DNA from: Octopus bimaculoides
Taxonomy: Eukaryota
Length of the DNA: 64,000 nt
Direction of reading: 5' to 3'
NCBI RefSeq assembly: GCF_001194135.2
Contig: NC_068987.1
Location: forward strand, 25,305,609-25,369,608
The position numbers and the translations under genes are program-made. Below the pieces are notes generated by a model that saw only the letters and a list, made by a program, of their open reading frames with translations, was not told the DNA's origin and ran no database searches. Of the stretch, positions 38,382 to 51,084 are shown in pieces. Position 1 is the first letter of the stretch, and each line of letters starts with the position of its first letter.

Positions 38382-38770
38382 NNNNNNNNNNNNNNNNNNN
38401 NNNNNNNNNNNNNNNNNNNNNNNNNNNNNNNNNNNNNNNNNNNNNNNNNNNNNNNNNNNNNNNNNNNNNNNNNNNNNNNNNNNNNNNNNNNNNNNNNNNN
38501 NNNNNNNNNNNNNNNNNNNNNNNNNNNNNNNNNNNNNNNNNNNNNNNNNNNNNNNNNNNNNNNNNNNNNNNNNNNNNNNNNNNNNNNNNNNNNNNNNNNN
38601 NNNNNNNNNNNNNNNNNNNNNNNNNNNNNNNNNNNNNNNNNNNNNNNNNNNNNNNNNNNNNNNNNNNNNNNNNNNNNNNNNNNNNNNNNNNNNNNNNNNN
38701 NNNNNNNNNNNNNNNNNNNNNNNNNNNNNNNNNNNNNNNNNNNNNNNNNNNNNNNNNNNNNNNNNNNNNN

Positions 38771-38829
<59 letters not shown>

Positions 38830-39340
38830 GTATGTATATTAGCGACAGAGGTTATATTAACACTGCGAGGTAATATTTACCCCACATAAACGCGGATGTT
38901 CTGTTAGAACAAACTATACTGTGGTAGATACCACAAAAGAAACTTCCATTTTGCCTTGTAACATGGGAAGCCTCATTGACTTTTATGTATCACTGGAGTG
39001 AATGGAAAATAGCAAAATAACCTTCACGTTACAAAATTCTGCATTACGGCAAGATTTTACAGGAAACTCAACGCATCCGTAACGCAGAGGAAGCTAGTAT
39101 TTTCTCTGTTTTTCTTTTTTTCCCCTCGTCTGTCTATTTTTTTACTCTCTATCTCTTATGAATTAACCGATCGTCCCGGTGTCTTCTGGAGGGAAAAACA
39201 GAACATGCAAGAAGAAAAAAAATCCAGCGTATTGCTGCGTAAACACAAACAATATTGAGACTATTAGTATTCTTCGTGAAAGAATCCTTAATTAGATTCA
39301 AGAAATATTAATGGAAAACTAAACAACTTCAACAAAACAG

Positions 39341-39507
<167 letters not shown>

Positions 39508-39789
39508 GTAACAACGACGAAATATAAAATTAACTAACATTGAAAATGAAAGAAATTGAAGCGAGAGTGATTCCATTTGTAATTAACTGAATCGGAAATA
39601 TATTGAAATTATTTTCTGCAGTTGAAAAACTAATAAACAAACAATCAAACCAAATTTCCCTAAATGGAATCACTTCAAGCAATTAGCGGCTAGGGTTTTG
39701 TCAGTGTTCAAATTTTTGATTAGATCCAATTCACTATTCCGTCAAAAACTACTAATACTACTACTACTACTAGTTGAGCTGGCAATGCT

Positions 39790-40077
39790 GGGGTCGATGT
39801 AATCTGCTTTCCCCTTCCCTCAAAATTTCAGGCTTTGTGCCTATTGTAGAAAGATTATTAGTATTCTAAGGTGAGCGTGCAGAATCGTTGCCGCACCGGA
39901 CAAGATACCTAGCGGCATTTTATCCGTTTTAACGTTCTGAGTTCAAAATCTGTCAATGTCGACTTCATCTTTCCTCCTTTCGAGGTCGTAAAGTAAGGAC
40001 CACTTGAGCACTGGAGTCGATGGAATCGACTTATCCCTCCACTGAAATTTGCTGACCTTGTATCAAAATTTGAAACT
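39790..40077 (+). mobile_element. family A SINE tail followed by a degenerate full copy
   Basis: GGGGTCGATGTAATC...GCTTTGTGCCTATTGTAGAAAG, then AAGGTGAGCGTGCAGAATCGTT ... GACCTTGTATCAAAATTTGAAA. Confidence 0.7.
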
Positions 40078-40361
40078 GTTATCATTAATTACTATCTTAA
40101 TTATTTTGTTTTAAATAGTTTTGTCAAGGAGACCAGATTGCGAATTTCCTTGACCATTCTAGGTTACTCTAGGAACTAAGATGACTGATGCTGTTGTTTT
40201 TAAAATGGCGATGTATATATATGGTTGTTATATATACGCAGGCATAAAAAATAGTTGCACATTTGTTGGAGAATCACTCAATATATTTAAGTAGAGTGTC
40301 AAGTTGGTTTTCACAAAATGTTGAAAGTGACTTGAAAATTTTACAGGTCATTAGCTTCGAT

Positions 40362-40410
40362 ACACTGTCTGATGAAGCCGACGGTCAGCGAAACTTCGAT
40401 GTCACTGTCA
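40362..40410 (+). ncRNA. minimal type I hammerhead-ribozyme-like motif
   Basis: CTGATGA (40369-75), short stem II GCCGAC-G-GTCAGC, GAAA (40390-93), near-palindromic stem III ACTTCGATGT, then GTC triplet. Stems I and II each carry mismatches. Confidence 0.55.
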
Positions 40411-40473
40411 ACATCTGTCTGTCTGTATATGTTTGTATGTATGTATGTATGTATGTATGTATGTATCTATCTA

Positions 40474-40511
<38 letters not shown>

Positions 40512-40649
40512 CCTTCCTTCCTTCCCCCTCCCAAAAAGAAAAGCTCTACATTGTATTTGTCCCATCTTCGTTGAGCCCTGTGTGGCTAATAAAAGAAATG
40601 TATCTATCTCAAAATTTCTTCTCAAGCCATAGGCTCATAAAGTTGCTTT

Positions 40650-40832
40650 CTCAGGTTCTGTGCCGTATATATTCCCCACCTCTGGACGGAACACTGGTCT
40701 GTCGCAGGATTACTCATTTCACGTTGCCCCAGTGGACTGGAGCACATAATATGAAGTGTTTCGCTCAAAAACACAGCACATCATCCAGTCCAGGAATCGA
40801 AACTACAATCTGATGACCATGAGTATAACACT
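40650..40832 (-). mobile_element. SINE with family D-like core and a tail resembling that of 22073-22397
   Basis: Reverse complement contains CTCCAGTCCACTGGGGCAACGTGAAATGAGTAATCCTGCGACAGACCAGTGTTCCGTCCAGAGGTGGGGAATATA. Confidence 0.6.
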
Positions 40833-42500
40833 CTTAACCACTATATACGTTCAAGCCGATTCCGCAAATTTCTATCTACTAAATTCTACTCACAAGGAAT
40901 TGGCTGAGGCTATAAGCAGAAGATTCATGTCCAAGTTATTTTGCCGTAAGATCGAACGCTGAACTACGATGTGTAAAGCAAACTTTAAAAGCACAGTTAT
41001 GCCTGCTCTAGTGTAACTACGTTTTGTCTACAAAAATTGATCTTGGGATGTGGTATATTTCTGTTATGTAATACAGTCTATTCTAATGAGAAAACATGGC
41101 GCGGAAATGTAAATCAGCGCGGTATAATGCGGTGTTGATAACCTCTTTAATACAAAGTTAGTTGATCGTATGTATCAGATATATTCTATCAGATACATAT
41201 CGTGTTCTTATTGATTTGGAGCTAAAATCGAATAACTACGACCAAAATCTAATGGTTTATTGATTTAAGGATAAAATTGCATAATTAGGACTTAGATCAT
41301 ATTGTTTTGAACTAAAATACGAGTTTGCTAAATGAAGTACAGTAGCATAGGGAAGTTTAATAAGATCGAATTTGCTACATAACAGGTCGATCATCTAATT
41401 AGAACACAGGGTTCCTCTCACCCAAAGGCAAAATATACTTCGTAGTCAAATTTAGAACCAGTCACTAATGAAGTATCTACAAACACATGATGATGATGAT
41501 CATCATCGTTTTAGCGTCCACTTTGCAAGATTGCGTAGGTCAGAGGCAATTCGGTGAGCAGATTTTTTTAATAACCGGATGCCCTTTTTTGTCGCTCGCC
41601 CTCACTCTTTTCCCAAGCATGATAATATTTCCCCATGACCAAGCATGTTTTCATGGAAGATTGCAAGCGAATGATATCGCTGGTAAGACGGTGACGTTCT
41701 TTTACAATTATCATGCGATATGAAGATGAGGCAGATTGCTACTATCACTACTACAGGACGGTGATCATTAGATAGTCGGAGAAAGTGTCATGCAGTATTT
41801 AGTTACAGCTCATTACGTACTCAGTTCAAATCCTGAAGAAGTCAAATTTACCTTTCATCTTTGAGGGGTCGATAAAATAAAGTACCATTCAAGTACTGAG
41901 GATCGAATAAATCTTATATCCTTCAACCCATCTACTTCCTAAAGAAATATTTGGCATTGCCACATTGTCGGATATCAATATTTCTATAATAACGGTTCGA
42001 ATTACCCCGTCTCTGGAATACGAATAAATAGTCCTTCCATGTGGCACTGCTTGGAAGCAGGAATATTGCTACAATGTTGCTGTCATTGCTGCAGATGCTG
42101 TTGCTACTACTACTACTACTACTACTATTGCCACTGCTGATGCTACTGTAGCTGCACTAGCTGTTTTACAGAGAATGATGCCATTCGCCATTATCGATCT
42201 CGTTGAGTTACCGATGCCGTGTCAAACATGATGACTACCTGCCTCGTGGATCTTGTTTCATAGTAGTAGATTGAATAGGAAGAAGAGGTGGATATGGCAG
42301 AGTGGGGGGGGAGGCTGTAGTGGTATCTCTAGATAAGTAGTAGTGAGTGGAAGGGATGAAGGACCTTATCTTCTGGGCTAGGGACAAGCAAAGTTGAGCT
42401 GGAGATGAAAGAGCTGAAGAATGAAGCCAGAGGGTTAATATCATAGACTGACATGTATAGTAAATCGCGGGTTAAATGACAACTACCGAATTAGCATTAG

Positions 42501-42539
<39 letters not shown>

Positions 42540-42757
42540 CCTATCTATCTACCTATCTATCTACCTATCTATCTGTGTGTCTGTCTATCTGTCTAGCTAC
42601 CATATCTACCAAAATACCTACCTAGAGAAATCTTTTATGAGCTACTTCAGCCTGTCTGTCTATCTCTCTGTGTCTCCCTCTGTGTGTGTATTTTTCTCTC
42701 TCTCTCTCTCTCCTTCACTATCTTTCTTTGTGGCATACATATTTAACACCGTCATCG

Positions 42758-42808
<51 letters not shown>

Positions 42809-42916
42809 ACTCTCACAGTCCCTTCTTTCTCATTTCTATTATTTTTCTATCACTATTATAATCTTTCTTTCTCATTCTCTTTTTCTCTCGCTCATATTTT
42901 TTATGTAACTCTCTCT

Positions 42917-43014
42917 CTCTCTTACTCCTTCTCTCTTACTCCTTCTCTCTTACTCCTTCTCTCTTACTCCTTCTCTCTTACTCCTTCTCTCTTACTCCTT
43001 CTCTCTTACTCCTT
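42917..43014. repeat. perfect 14-bp minisatellite CTCTCTTACTCCTT x7
   Basis: Seven consecutive identical units counted. Confidence 0.95.
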
Positions 43015-43761
43015 CTCTCTCATATTGTCCCTCTTTCTCCCCCTCCCTCTCTCTATCCGTACCCCACTTATCAAATTTACTATCCCTGTCTCTGTTCCCA
43101 ATACATTTTCTTCTTTGTTTCATACTCTTTATTCTTTTCCAAAGAATATACTTCCTTTCTGTTTCCGAATGTCACCTGTATTATTTCCTCAACTTTCTCT
43201 CTTTCTCCCTCTGTCCATCTCTCTCTCTCTGTCTCTCTCTCTCTCTGTCTCTCTCTCTCTCTGTCTCTCTCTCTCTCTCTCTACTTCTAGCCTATTCTCT
43301 TACGAAATTGTATTATCTCGCATACATCATACTACACGTTCTATACACACACACTCATATATGTGTAGACACACACACACATCTATATATTGACATTCAT
43401 ATATATATATACAATATAATATAATATATATATATATATACAATATAATATAATATATATATATATATATAGATATATATATGCAAGCACAAGGTATCTC
43501 ACCATTATCCAACCATCTCTCTAAACCAATCATTGTGTCACACTACAACTATTTCGAACTGGAGCTACATTGCTCGACATTTTAGCGAATGAATGGCTTC
43601 CATAGACATGTCTGCTTTTCCCCATTCTCTTACTCTCTTTCCATTTATATAGATAGATAGATCATAGACCTTGCTAATTTCAAATTTGTTGTGAAGCACT
43701 CAGTAAATGATTGCCTCAGATAGACGATTAAAGTCGTACCATGTGAGAATCGTATGAATTG

Positions 43762-43800
<39 letters not shown>

Positions 43801-43806
<6 letters not shown>

Positions 43807-45010
43807 CGTTGAATAAATTGTCGTCTAAATTGCGCAAATATGAAAATAGCATTGACATCTCATTTTAACAGATTTTCCCAAAATCACATAAAAATATCTT
43901 GAAATACTAAAGAGTGAATTTATTCAATAAAATCATCATTGGCTTCAACCACAGCCTTCAAACGACTTCGGAATCTCCTGCAACTCTTCTGGATTGTCTC
44001 CTTGTTTAAGTGTGTGAATGCTGCCATAATCCTTGCCTTTAGGTCATCTTTGGTGTTACAAGGAGTTTTGTTGACCTCTTGCTCAACTGTGCCCCATACA
44101 TAATAATCAGTCGGGGTTACAGTCTGGGGAGTTAGTTGGCAAGATGTTAGGGTGGATGTGGTCGCAGAAATTGTCTGACAGCTATGACTGGATTCCCCAG
44201 CTTGTGTGTCATTGTGCAGGGTCCTGTTACTAGACATAATCTTCCAGCAGCCGATCTCTTGACCCAGGGCATCGCTACCTCCTCCAAGCACTTGACGTAG
44301 GCCTCCGTGTTGAATGTGAGGCTGTGTGGGAAGATGAATGGAGGCTTAACGTCGCCATCATTAGTGATCACTCAAAACACCATGATGTTGACTGGATGTT
44401 TGATTTTAATCAGTCTCGGTACATGTCTTGGGGACACGACAAACCAACGGTTGTGCTGTGTGTTCACCATCTGATCCTGGCAAATTTTTCTCGTGTGAGA
44501 AAAACCAAAGCATGTTTGATTGGAGGGAATGCTTGAGTTTATTCAAAAGCTTCGTAGCGCGGTCTTTCCTCTTGTTCTTGATGGCTTGGGATAACAATTG
44601 GCCCTTTCTCATCTTGTATGATGAATACCAAAGGTTTTCATGCACCAACTGCCTGATAAGAAACTCAGAAATTCCCATATTCCTAGAGATGGACCTGATT
44701 GACTTAGAGGGATCATTGTCAATCATGGTTTGGATCCCACCAACAAATTCAGGAGTTTTTTCTTATTAGAACGATCAGAGTGAGTTTTCCGAGCTGCCGT
44801 ACCTTCGTAATCCCTATTAGACTCATCCAACTCTTGCCGAATCCTCTGCACTGTCCTCAGATTGACGCCCAAACACTCTGAAATATTCATATTGGAGCTT
44901 CCGGGCGCGAATTTCAAGCAGCACAGCTTTCTCCTTATATTTTCTCTCAGAAACAATTTTTTTTTGCACCAGTGTTGCATTGTAGTTTTTCTTTCTCCAC
45001 ATTTTGTCAT
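43801..45010 (-). mobile_element. fossil Tc1/mariner-superfamily transposon, DD37D (maT-type) transposase pseudogene
   Basis: ORF fragments give an HTH (NISECLGVNLRTVQRIR), IDNDPSKSIRSISR, LWFFSHEKN (first catalytic D mutated to H), YV**QDPAQ*H ... NSPDCNPxDYYVWG and C-terminal RSRLKAVVEANDDFIE. I count 37 residues between the second and third D after repairing a frameshift. There are several stops and frameshifts. Only one probable TIR (about 43801-43880) is visible. Confidence 0.9.
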
Positions 45011-45556
45011 ATTTTCCTCTCACTACAAAGCACCTTAGACTAATACTCTTGTGCACACTTCTACCACACTCTCCACATTCCTCCTGCCTTCCCTTTCACC
45101 CCACATTCGCCCTTGCTGCTACGTTTTCTCTTCCACACTTTTTCTAGCACCCAGTACATATACACCAACAAATCACAACCGCATACTTGCACCATTCTAC
45201 ACATAGATATCCTTCTCCGAAAAACTACACACCTGTCCCATTTATGCTTACTTTACACGAATATATTCCTATCGGTTCGCACATACATCTGCACCCTATT
45301 CCCTTCATAACCTCACCCATAGTATCGTATTCCCATCTCACCCCTAACCCCTCACACATTTTCCTTCCGGCTAGTTTTTTTCTTTTTTTTCATTTTACTT
45401 GCCTCCTACACTTCTATATTTCTTCCGATGAACGTCTAGCATCCAAAATGTTAAGGCTCTTTCCTTTTCTTTTATGTGTGTTAAGCAAATACAATATTTG
45501 TTAAAGCGTGTCTCCTCTGTTGTCTTCTTTCATTTTGTATTCATTGCTTTCATATG

Positions 45557-45596
<40 letters not shown>

Positions 45597-46255
45597 NNNN
45601 NNNNNNNNNNNNNNNNNNNNNNNNNNNNNNNNNNNNNNNNNNNNNNNNNNNNNNNNNNNNNNNNNNNNNNNNNNNNNNNNNNNNNNNNNNNNNNNNNNNN
45701 NNNNNNNNNNNNNNNNNNNNNNNNNNNNNNNNNNNNNNNNNNNNNNNNNNNNNNNNNNNNNNNNNNNNNNNNNNNNNNNNNNNNNNNNNNNNNNNNNNNN
45801 NNNNNNNNNNNNNNNNNNNNNNNNNNNNNNNNNNNNNNNNNNNNNNNNNNNNNNNNNNNNNNNNNNNNNNNNNNNNNNNNNNNNNNNNNNNNNNNNNNNN
45901 NNNNNNNNNNNNNNNNNNNNNNNNNNNNNNNNNNNNNNNNNNNNNNNNNNNNNNNNNNNNNNNNNNNNNNNNNNNNNNNNNNNNNNNNNNNNNNNNNNNN
46001 NNNNNNNNNNNNNNNNNNNNNNNNNNNNNNNNNNNNNNNNNNNNNNNNNNNNNNNNNNNNNNNNNNNNNNNNNNNNNNNNNNNNNNNNNNNNNNNNNNNN
46101 NNNNNNNNNNNNNNNNNNNNNNNNNNNNNNNNNNNNNNNNNNNNNNNNNNNNNNNNNNNNNNNNNNNNTTGTAGTTTAGAATCAGTAGTTCTTTGACTGC
46201 TGTTTCTGAATTTTCAGTATGTTGGAGAAGCAACTCAATTGCTAATCCCTTATAT

Positions 46256-46302
<47 letters not shown>

Positions 46303-46426
46303 AACACATATATGTGTGTGTGTGTGTGTGTGTTATATCTATCTACCTATCTTTCTAACTATCAATATGACTGGTTATATGTATGAGTATGTCAGTCTTT
46401 CTCTGTCTATCCACGTACTTACCTCC

Positions 46427-46463
<37 letters not shown>

Positions 46464-46473
46464 CATCTATCTG

Positions 46474-46525
<52 letters not shown>

Positions 46526-46526
46526 C

Positions 46527-46855
46527 TCTTTTACTTGTTTCGGTCATTTGATTGTGGCCATACTGGAGCACCGCCTTTTGTCGAGCAAATCTCCCCAGGA
46601 CTTATTCTCTGTAAGCCTAGTACTTATTCTACCGGTCTCTTTTGCTGAACCGCTAAGTTACGGGGACGTAAACACACCAAAATCGGTTGTCAAGTGATGG
46701 TGGTGGGGGGACAAACAAATAAATACATACATACATATATACGTATACGAAGGGCTTTGCTTGTAGTCACAGTAGAAGACACTTGTCCAAGGGACTGAAC
46801 GCGGAACCATGAGGTTGGGAAGCAAGCTTCTTACCATACAGCCATTCCTGCGCCT
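46527..46855 (-). mobile_element. family B SINE with internal deletion
   Basis: Complete tail (CTCTTTTACTTGTTTCGGTCA ... GGACAAAC) and head ending CCTGCGCCT. Confidence 0.85.
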
Positions 46856-46870
46856 AATATGTCCCTATAT

Positions 46871-47044
46871 AGGCGCGGGAGTGGCTGTGTGGTAAGTAGC
46901 GTGCTTACCAACCGCATGGTTCCGGGTTCAGTCCCACTGCGTGGCATCTTGGGCAAGTGTCTTCTACTATAGCCTCGGGCCGACCAAAGCCTTGTGAGTG
47001 GATTTGGTAGACGGAAACTGAAAGAAGCCTGTCGTATATATGTG

Positions 47045-47075
<31 letters not shown>

Positions 47076-47138
47076 TTGTGTGTGTGTGTTTGTCCCCCTA
47101 GCATTGCTTGACAACCGATGCTGATGTGTTTATGTCCC
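46871..47138 (+). mobile_element. family B SINE, young copy, truncated by gap 47139-47515
   Basis: GGCGCGGGAGTGGCTGTGTGGTAAGTAGC...GGTTCCGGGTTCAGTCCC...GGCATCTTGGGCAAGTGTCTT...GTAGACGGAAACTGAAAGAAGCC, then (TA)(TG)n, then TTGCTTGACAACCGATG. Confidence 0.9.
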
Positions 47139-48006
47139 NNNNNNNNNNNNNNNNNNNNNNNNNNNNNNNNNNNNNNNNNNNNNNNNNNNNNNNNNNNNNN
47201 NNNNNNNNNNNNNNNNNNNNNNNNNNNNNNNNNNNNNNNNNNNNNNNNNNNNNNNNNNNNNNNNNNNNNNNNNNNNNNNNNNNNNNNNNNNNNNNNNNNN
47301 NNNNNNNNNNNNNNNNNNNNNNNNNNNNNNNNNNNNNNNNNNNNNNNNNNNNNNNNNNNNNNNNNNNNNNNNNNNNNNNNNNNNNNNNNNNNNNNNNNNN
47401 NNNNNNNNNNNNNNNNNNNNNNNNNNNNNNNNNNNNNNNNNNNNNNNNNNNNNNNNNNNNNNNNNNNNNNNNNNNNNNNNNNNNNNNNNNNNNNNNNNNN
47501 NNNNNNNNNNNNNNNTATATATGCTCGTCGAAACGCCGGTGTTAAAACGTGGGTAGCTGATGAAGTAGAATGTTCTCTATGTGGCTCGTGTGTTCTCGTC
47601 TACGTTTGTTTGCAATGTCCTGTACCCAGATATGCACCTATACATACAGGTGGATGTCGGTATGCACATACCTGTACGTATATATGCATATACTCATTTA
47701 CTATTTGTTTATATATATATATATATATATATGACTATGTGTGTGTGTGCATTTAGGTGTATAAACATATGTGCATAAATCGGTGAAGATGTGACAAGCT
47801 AGAAAACGCCTTGTCCAGACTGCATAATTTGACCATTATCTTCGCTGAAACACGTGCAGGATGACACAACTGTTAATAATTTATGAACAAAACACTTTTG
47901 TTTTCTGCGTGCGTATATACATCCATCTAACATCCATCCAACATCCATCCATACTTGCATGTGTACATATGGTTATGTTTATGTACATATATGTGTGTGA
48001 GTGTGA

Positions 48007-48049
<43 letters not shown>

Positions 48050-48604
48050 CATATATGCGATTCACATTGCATGACATATAATTTGTATATCGGACACCAT
48101 GTATATTCAGTATGCATCAAAAGAGAATGCTGTGTGGAATAACTCGTGTATAGTTAATATTTCCTTCTGCTGTTCTCCATAACTACAAAGATCACTGAGT
48201 GCACATGAAAAAAAAAAATAATAATAAAATGAAAATTCGATATGACGTAATAATATAATTTCAGAACCATCTCTCTCTAGTTTTTGTCTGTCTGTCTGTC
48301 TGTATGTATGTATGTATGTATGTATGCATGTGACTCTGTGTGTGTGTGTGTGTGACCTTTGTGTCTGTTATGCATCTTTTGATGTTCTGTCGTTACTATC
48401 GATATGTTACGACTGTTGTGATACTGTTTCCCCCCCTTTGTTTTGCTCTGTTATGACAGTGACTGAGTTGTAGCTATTTCGTGGTCATTTTATAGTTTCT
48501 GTTGCTAACTCCATTACCTATTTCGTTGATGCTATTTATGAAGCTTATTGTATCTTAGGTATCGCTACGATCGATGCTATATGTGTTGCTATTTACTATT
48601 CATG

Positions 48605-49145
48605 TTCCCTCCCACCAAATTTTAGGCCTTGTTCCTATAAGTAGAAATTATTTAGGGCGGCGAGCTGACAGAATCGTTAGCACGCTATGCGAAATGCTTA
48701 GTGGTATTTTGTCTCTCTTTACGTTCTGAGTTCAAATTCCGCCGAGGTCGACTTTACCTTTCATCCTTTCGGGGTCGATAAATTAAGTACCAGTTGCGGA
48801 CTGGGGTCGATCTAATCGATTGCCCCCCCCCCCACCAACCGACCCAAAAAATTTCGGGCCTTGTGCCTAGAGTAGAAACAATTATTCATGTTCCCGCTGT
48901 TCCGTTGAGGTCGACTTTGCTTTACATTCTTTCAGAGATGTAACAATAAAAAAACAGTTAAACCCTGGGGTGGGTGTAATTGACTAACCTCCTACCCGAA
49001 AATTTCAGGCCTTGTGCCAATAGTAGAAAAGCTTAATGTTACCATTAAATAAGTGCCAGTTGAGTTCTGAGGTCGATGTAATCGATTATTCCCTCCTCTC
49101 AGAATTTCTGGCCTTGTGCCTATAGCAGAAAGGATTATTATTATT
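48605..49145 (+). mobile_element. array of family A SINE pieces (tail, full copy, core+tail, tail)
   Basis: Four GGCCTTG(T)..CCTA/CCAA tails and two cores occur in the same orientation. Confidence 0.85.
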
Positions 49146-49515
49146 ACCACTACTATAACTACCGTTGTAGATGTTGCTGAAGTTATGATTACTCTCTTTC
49201 AAACGTTGCTGCTATTTTTGCTATTATATAGCCGTTGACGTTGACGTAACATTAGCGTCTATCGTTGACGTTAGCACCTATGTATACAGTTCTTGACACT
49301 GTTGCTGCAGCCAAGAATGCCGTTGGTGTCACTGCAGCTATGACGCAGCTATGACTGCTGTCCGGTATTAATTAAAGCGCAGGTGTAACTGTCGTGGACA
49401 GTACACCTATTTACTATACTTGGCACTGCTGTTGCTATAACTCCTTTCACTGACGCTGAGCTGCTAAGACAAAAGTTACTGCTGTTGTTATGATTTTTGT
49501 CCTTGACGCTATTGC

Positions 49516-49960
49516 AGAATGACTACTGTCATTGACGTTGAGCTGCTATGACAAGCGTTATTGTTATGCTGCTGTCGCTATGGCTACTGTCATTGACGTT
49601 GAGCTGCTATGACAACCGTTGTTGTCATGCTGCTGTCGCTATGGCTACTGTCATTGACATTGAGCTGCTTATGACAACTGATGTTGTTACGCTGCTGTCG
49701 CTATGGCTACTCTCATTGACGTTGAGCTGCTATGACAACCGTTGTTGTCATGCTGCTGTCGCTATGGCTACTGTCATTGACGTTGAGCTGCTTATGACAA
49801 CTGATGTTGTTATGCTGCTGTCGCTATGACTACTGTCAATGACGCTGAGTTGCTATGACAACCGTTGTTGTTATGCTGCTGTTGCTATGACTACTGTCAT
49901 TGACGCTGTTGCTGTATGACTACTGTCATTGACGCTGAGCTGCTATGACGACCATTGTCG
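49516..49960. repeat. minisatellite of alternating 61/62-bp units (123-bp higher-order repeat)
   Basis: Unit starts at 49516, 49577, 49638, 49700, 49761, 49823 and 49884. Consensus is about GCTATGGCTACTGTCATTGACGTTGAGCTGCTATGACAACCGTTGTTGTCATGCTGCTGTC. Confidence 0.92.
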
Positions 49961-51084
49961 CTAATGCTTATATTGCTATGACTGCAGTTGCAAATGTCTA
50001 TGCTACTATGACGACCGTTGTTGTCGCTGCTTTCTGCCTTGACAATTGTGGTTCACTCTTATAGTGTTATGGCTTTTGACACTGACGAACCTGCTGCCAT
50101 AACTACTATCATTATTGATGCTGCTATTACGGGTATGACTATTTTCATTGTTACAGCAGTAATTTTTCTTTCTGCTGCTGCTGCTGTTGCTGTTGTTGTT
50201 GTTGTTGTTTTGTTGTCATTGGCGTTGCTGTCACTCCTGCTGTTGGTATATTGGTAGTGCCAGCGACATTGCTGCTACTGCTGCTACTGTTGCTACCGCT
50301 GTTGCTGGTGGTGGTGGTGATGGCGGTGGCGAAGTCACTAACATAACATGCATGAATATTTTAGTGACGTAAAACCCACCACCTTGTTTCTACATATATC
50401 TCTCACCGCTACTCCGATTCCACAAATCGATTATTACCACTACCGTCACCACTACTACCACAACCTACACTATACTACCACAACCTATACATATACTACC
50501 ACCATCACCACTGCTATCACTACTGTCGCCATCACCACTACAACTATACCCACAATCAACATCATCAATACCAACAACAGTACCATCTTCACCGACACCA
50601 CCACCACTATCATAATTATTGCCTCCACCACTAAAACCACTACCCCGCCACAGTCCCCTTTACCTCTACTATCTCCTCCACTACTACCGTCACCGTCACT
50701 ATCAATACTGCTACAAACATCACCACCCACGGTCCAACGTAAGTGGTTATTATTTAGCCATTCGACTCGCTAGAAATAGCAGCCAAGTCTTCATCAGATG
50801 ACCCATTACATATCCATCAAATGGCGGATGGGCATGGTAAGAATGTCTTTGTTCAAGGGTCGGCATCATCAGGATTGACCTAAAGCTATAGAGCATGATC
50901 AACGCTACCACCTTTTGCCCCGTCTTCATCGACATCATCATCGCCATCTTCACCTCCACCATCACTATCATTACTGTCACAACCATCACCACCACCAATA
51001 CCACCACCGCCATCATTATCACAGTCACTACTACGGCCATCACTCTCACCATATCCACAAATAGTACTTTGAGAATTATGTCTC

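Noticed and set aside
47516-47545. GCTCGTCGAAACGCC after a gap, possibly the 3' half of a hammerhead
   Set aside because: The 5' half would lie in the N gap, so it cannot be evaluated.
49516-49960. Regular ~61-bp repeats as a possible CRISPR array
   Set aside because: There are no unique spacers, the units are contiguous, the context is eukaryotic and no cas genes are present.
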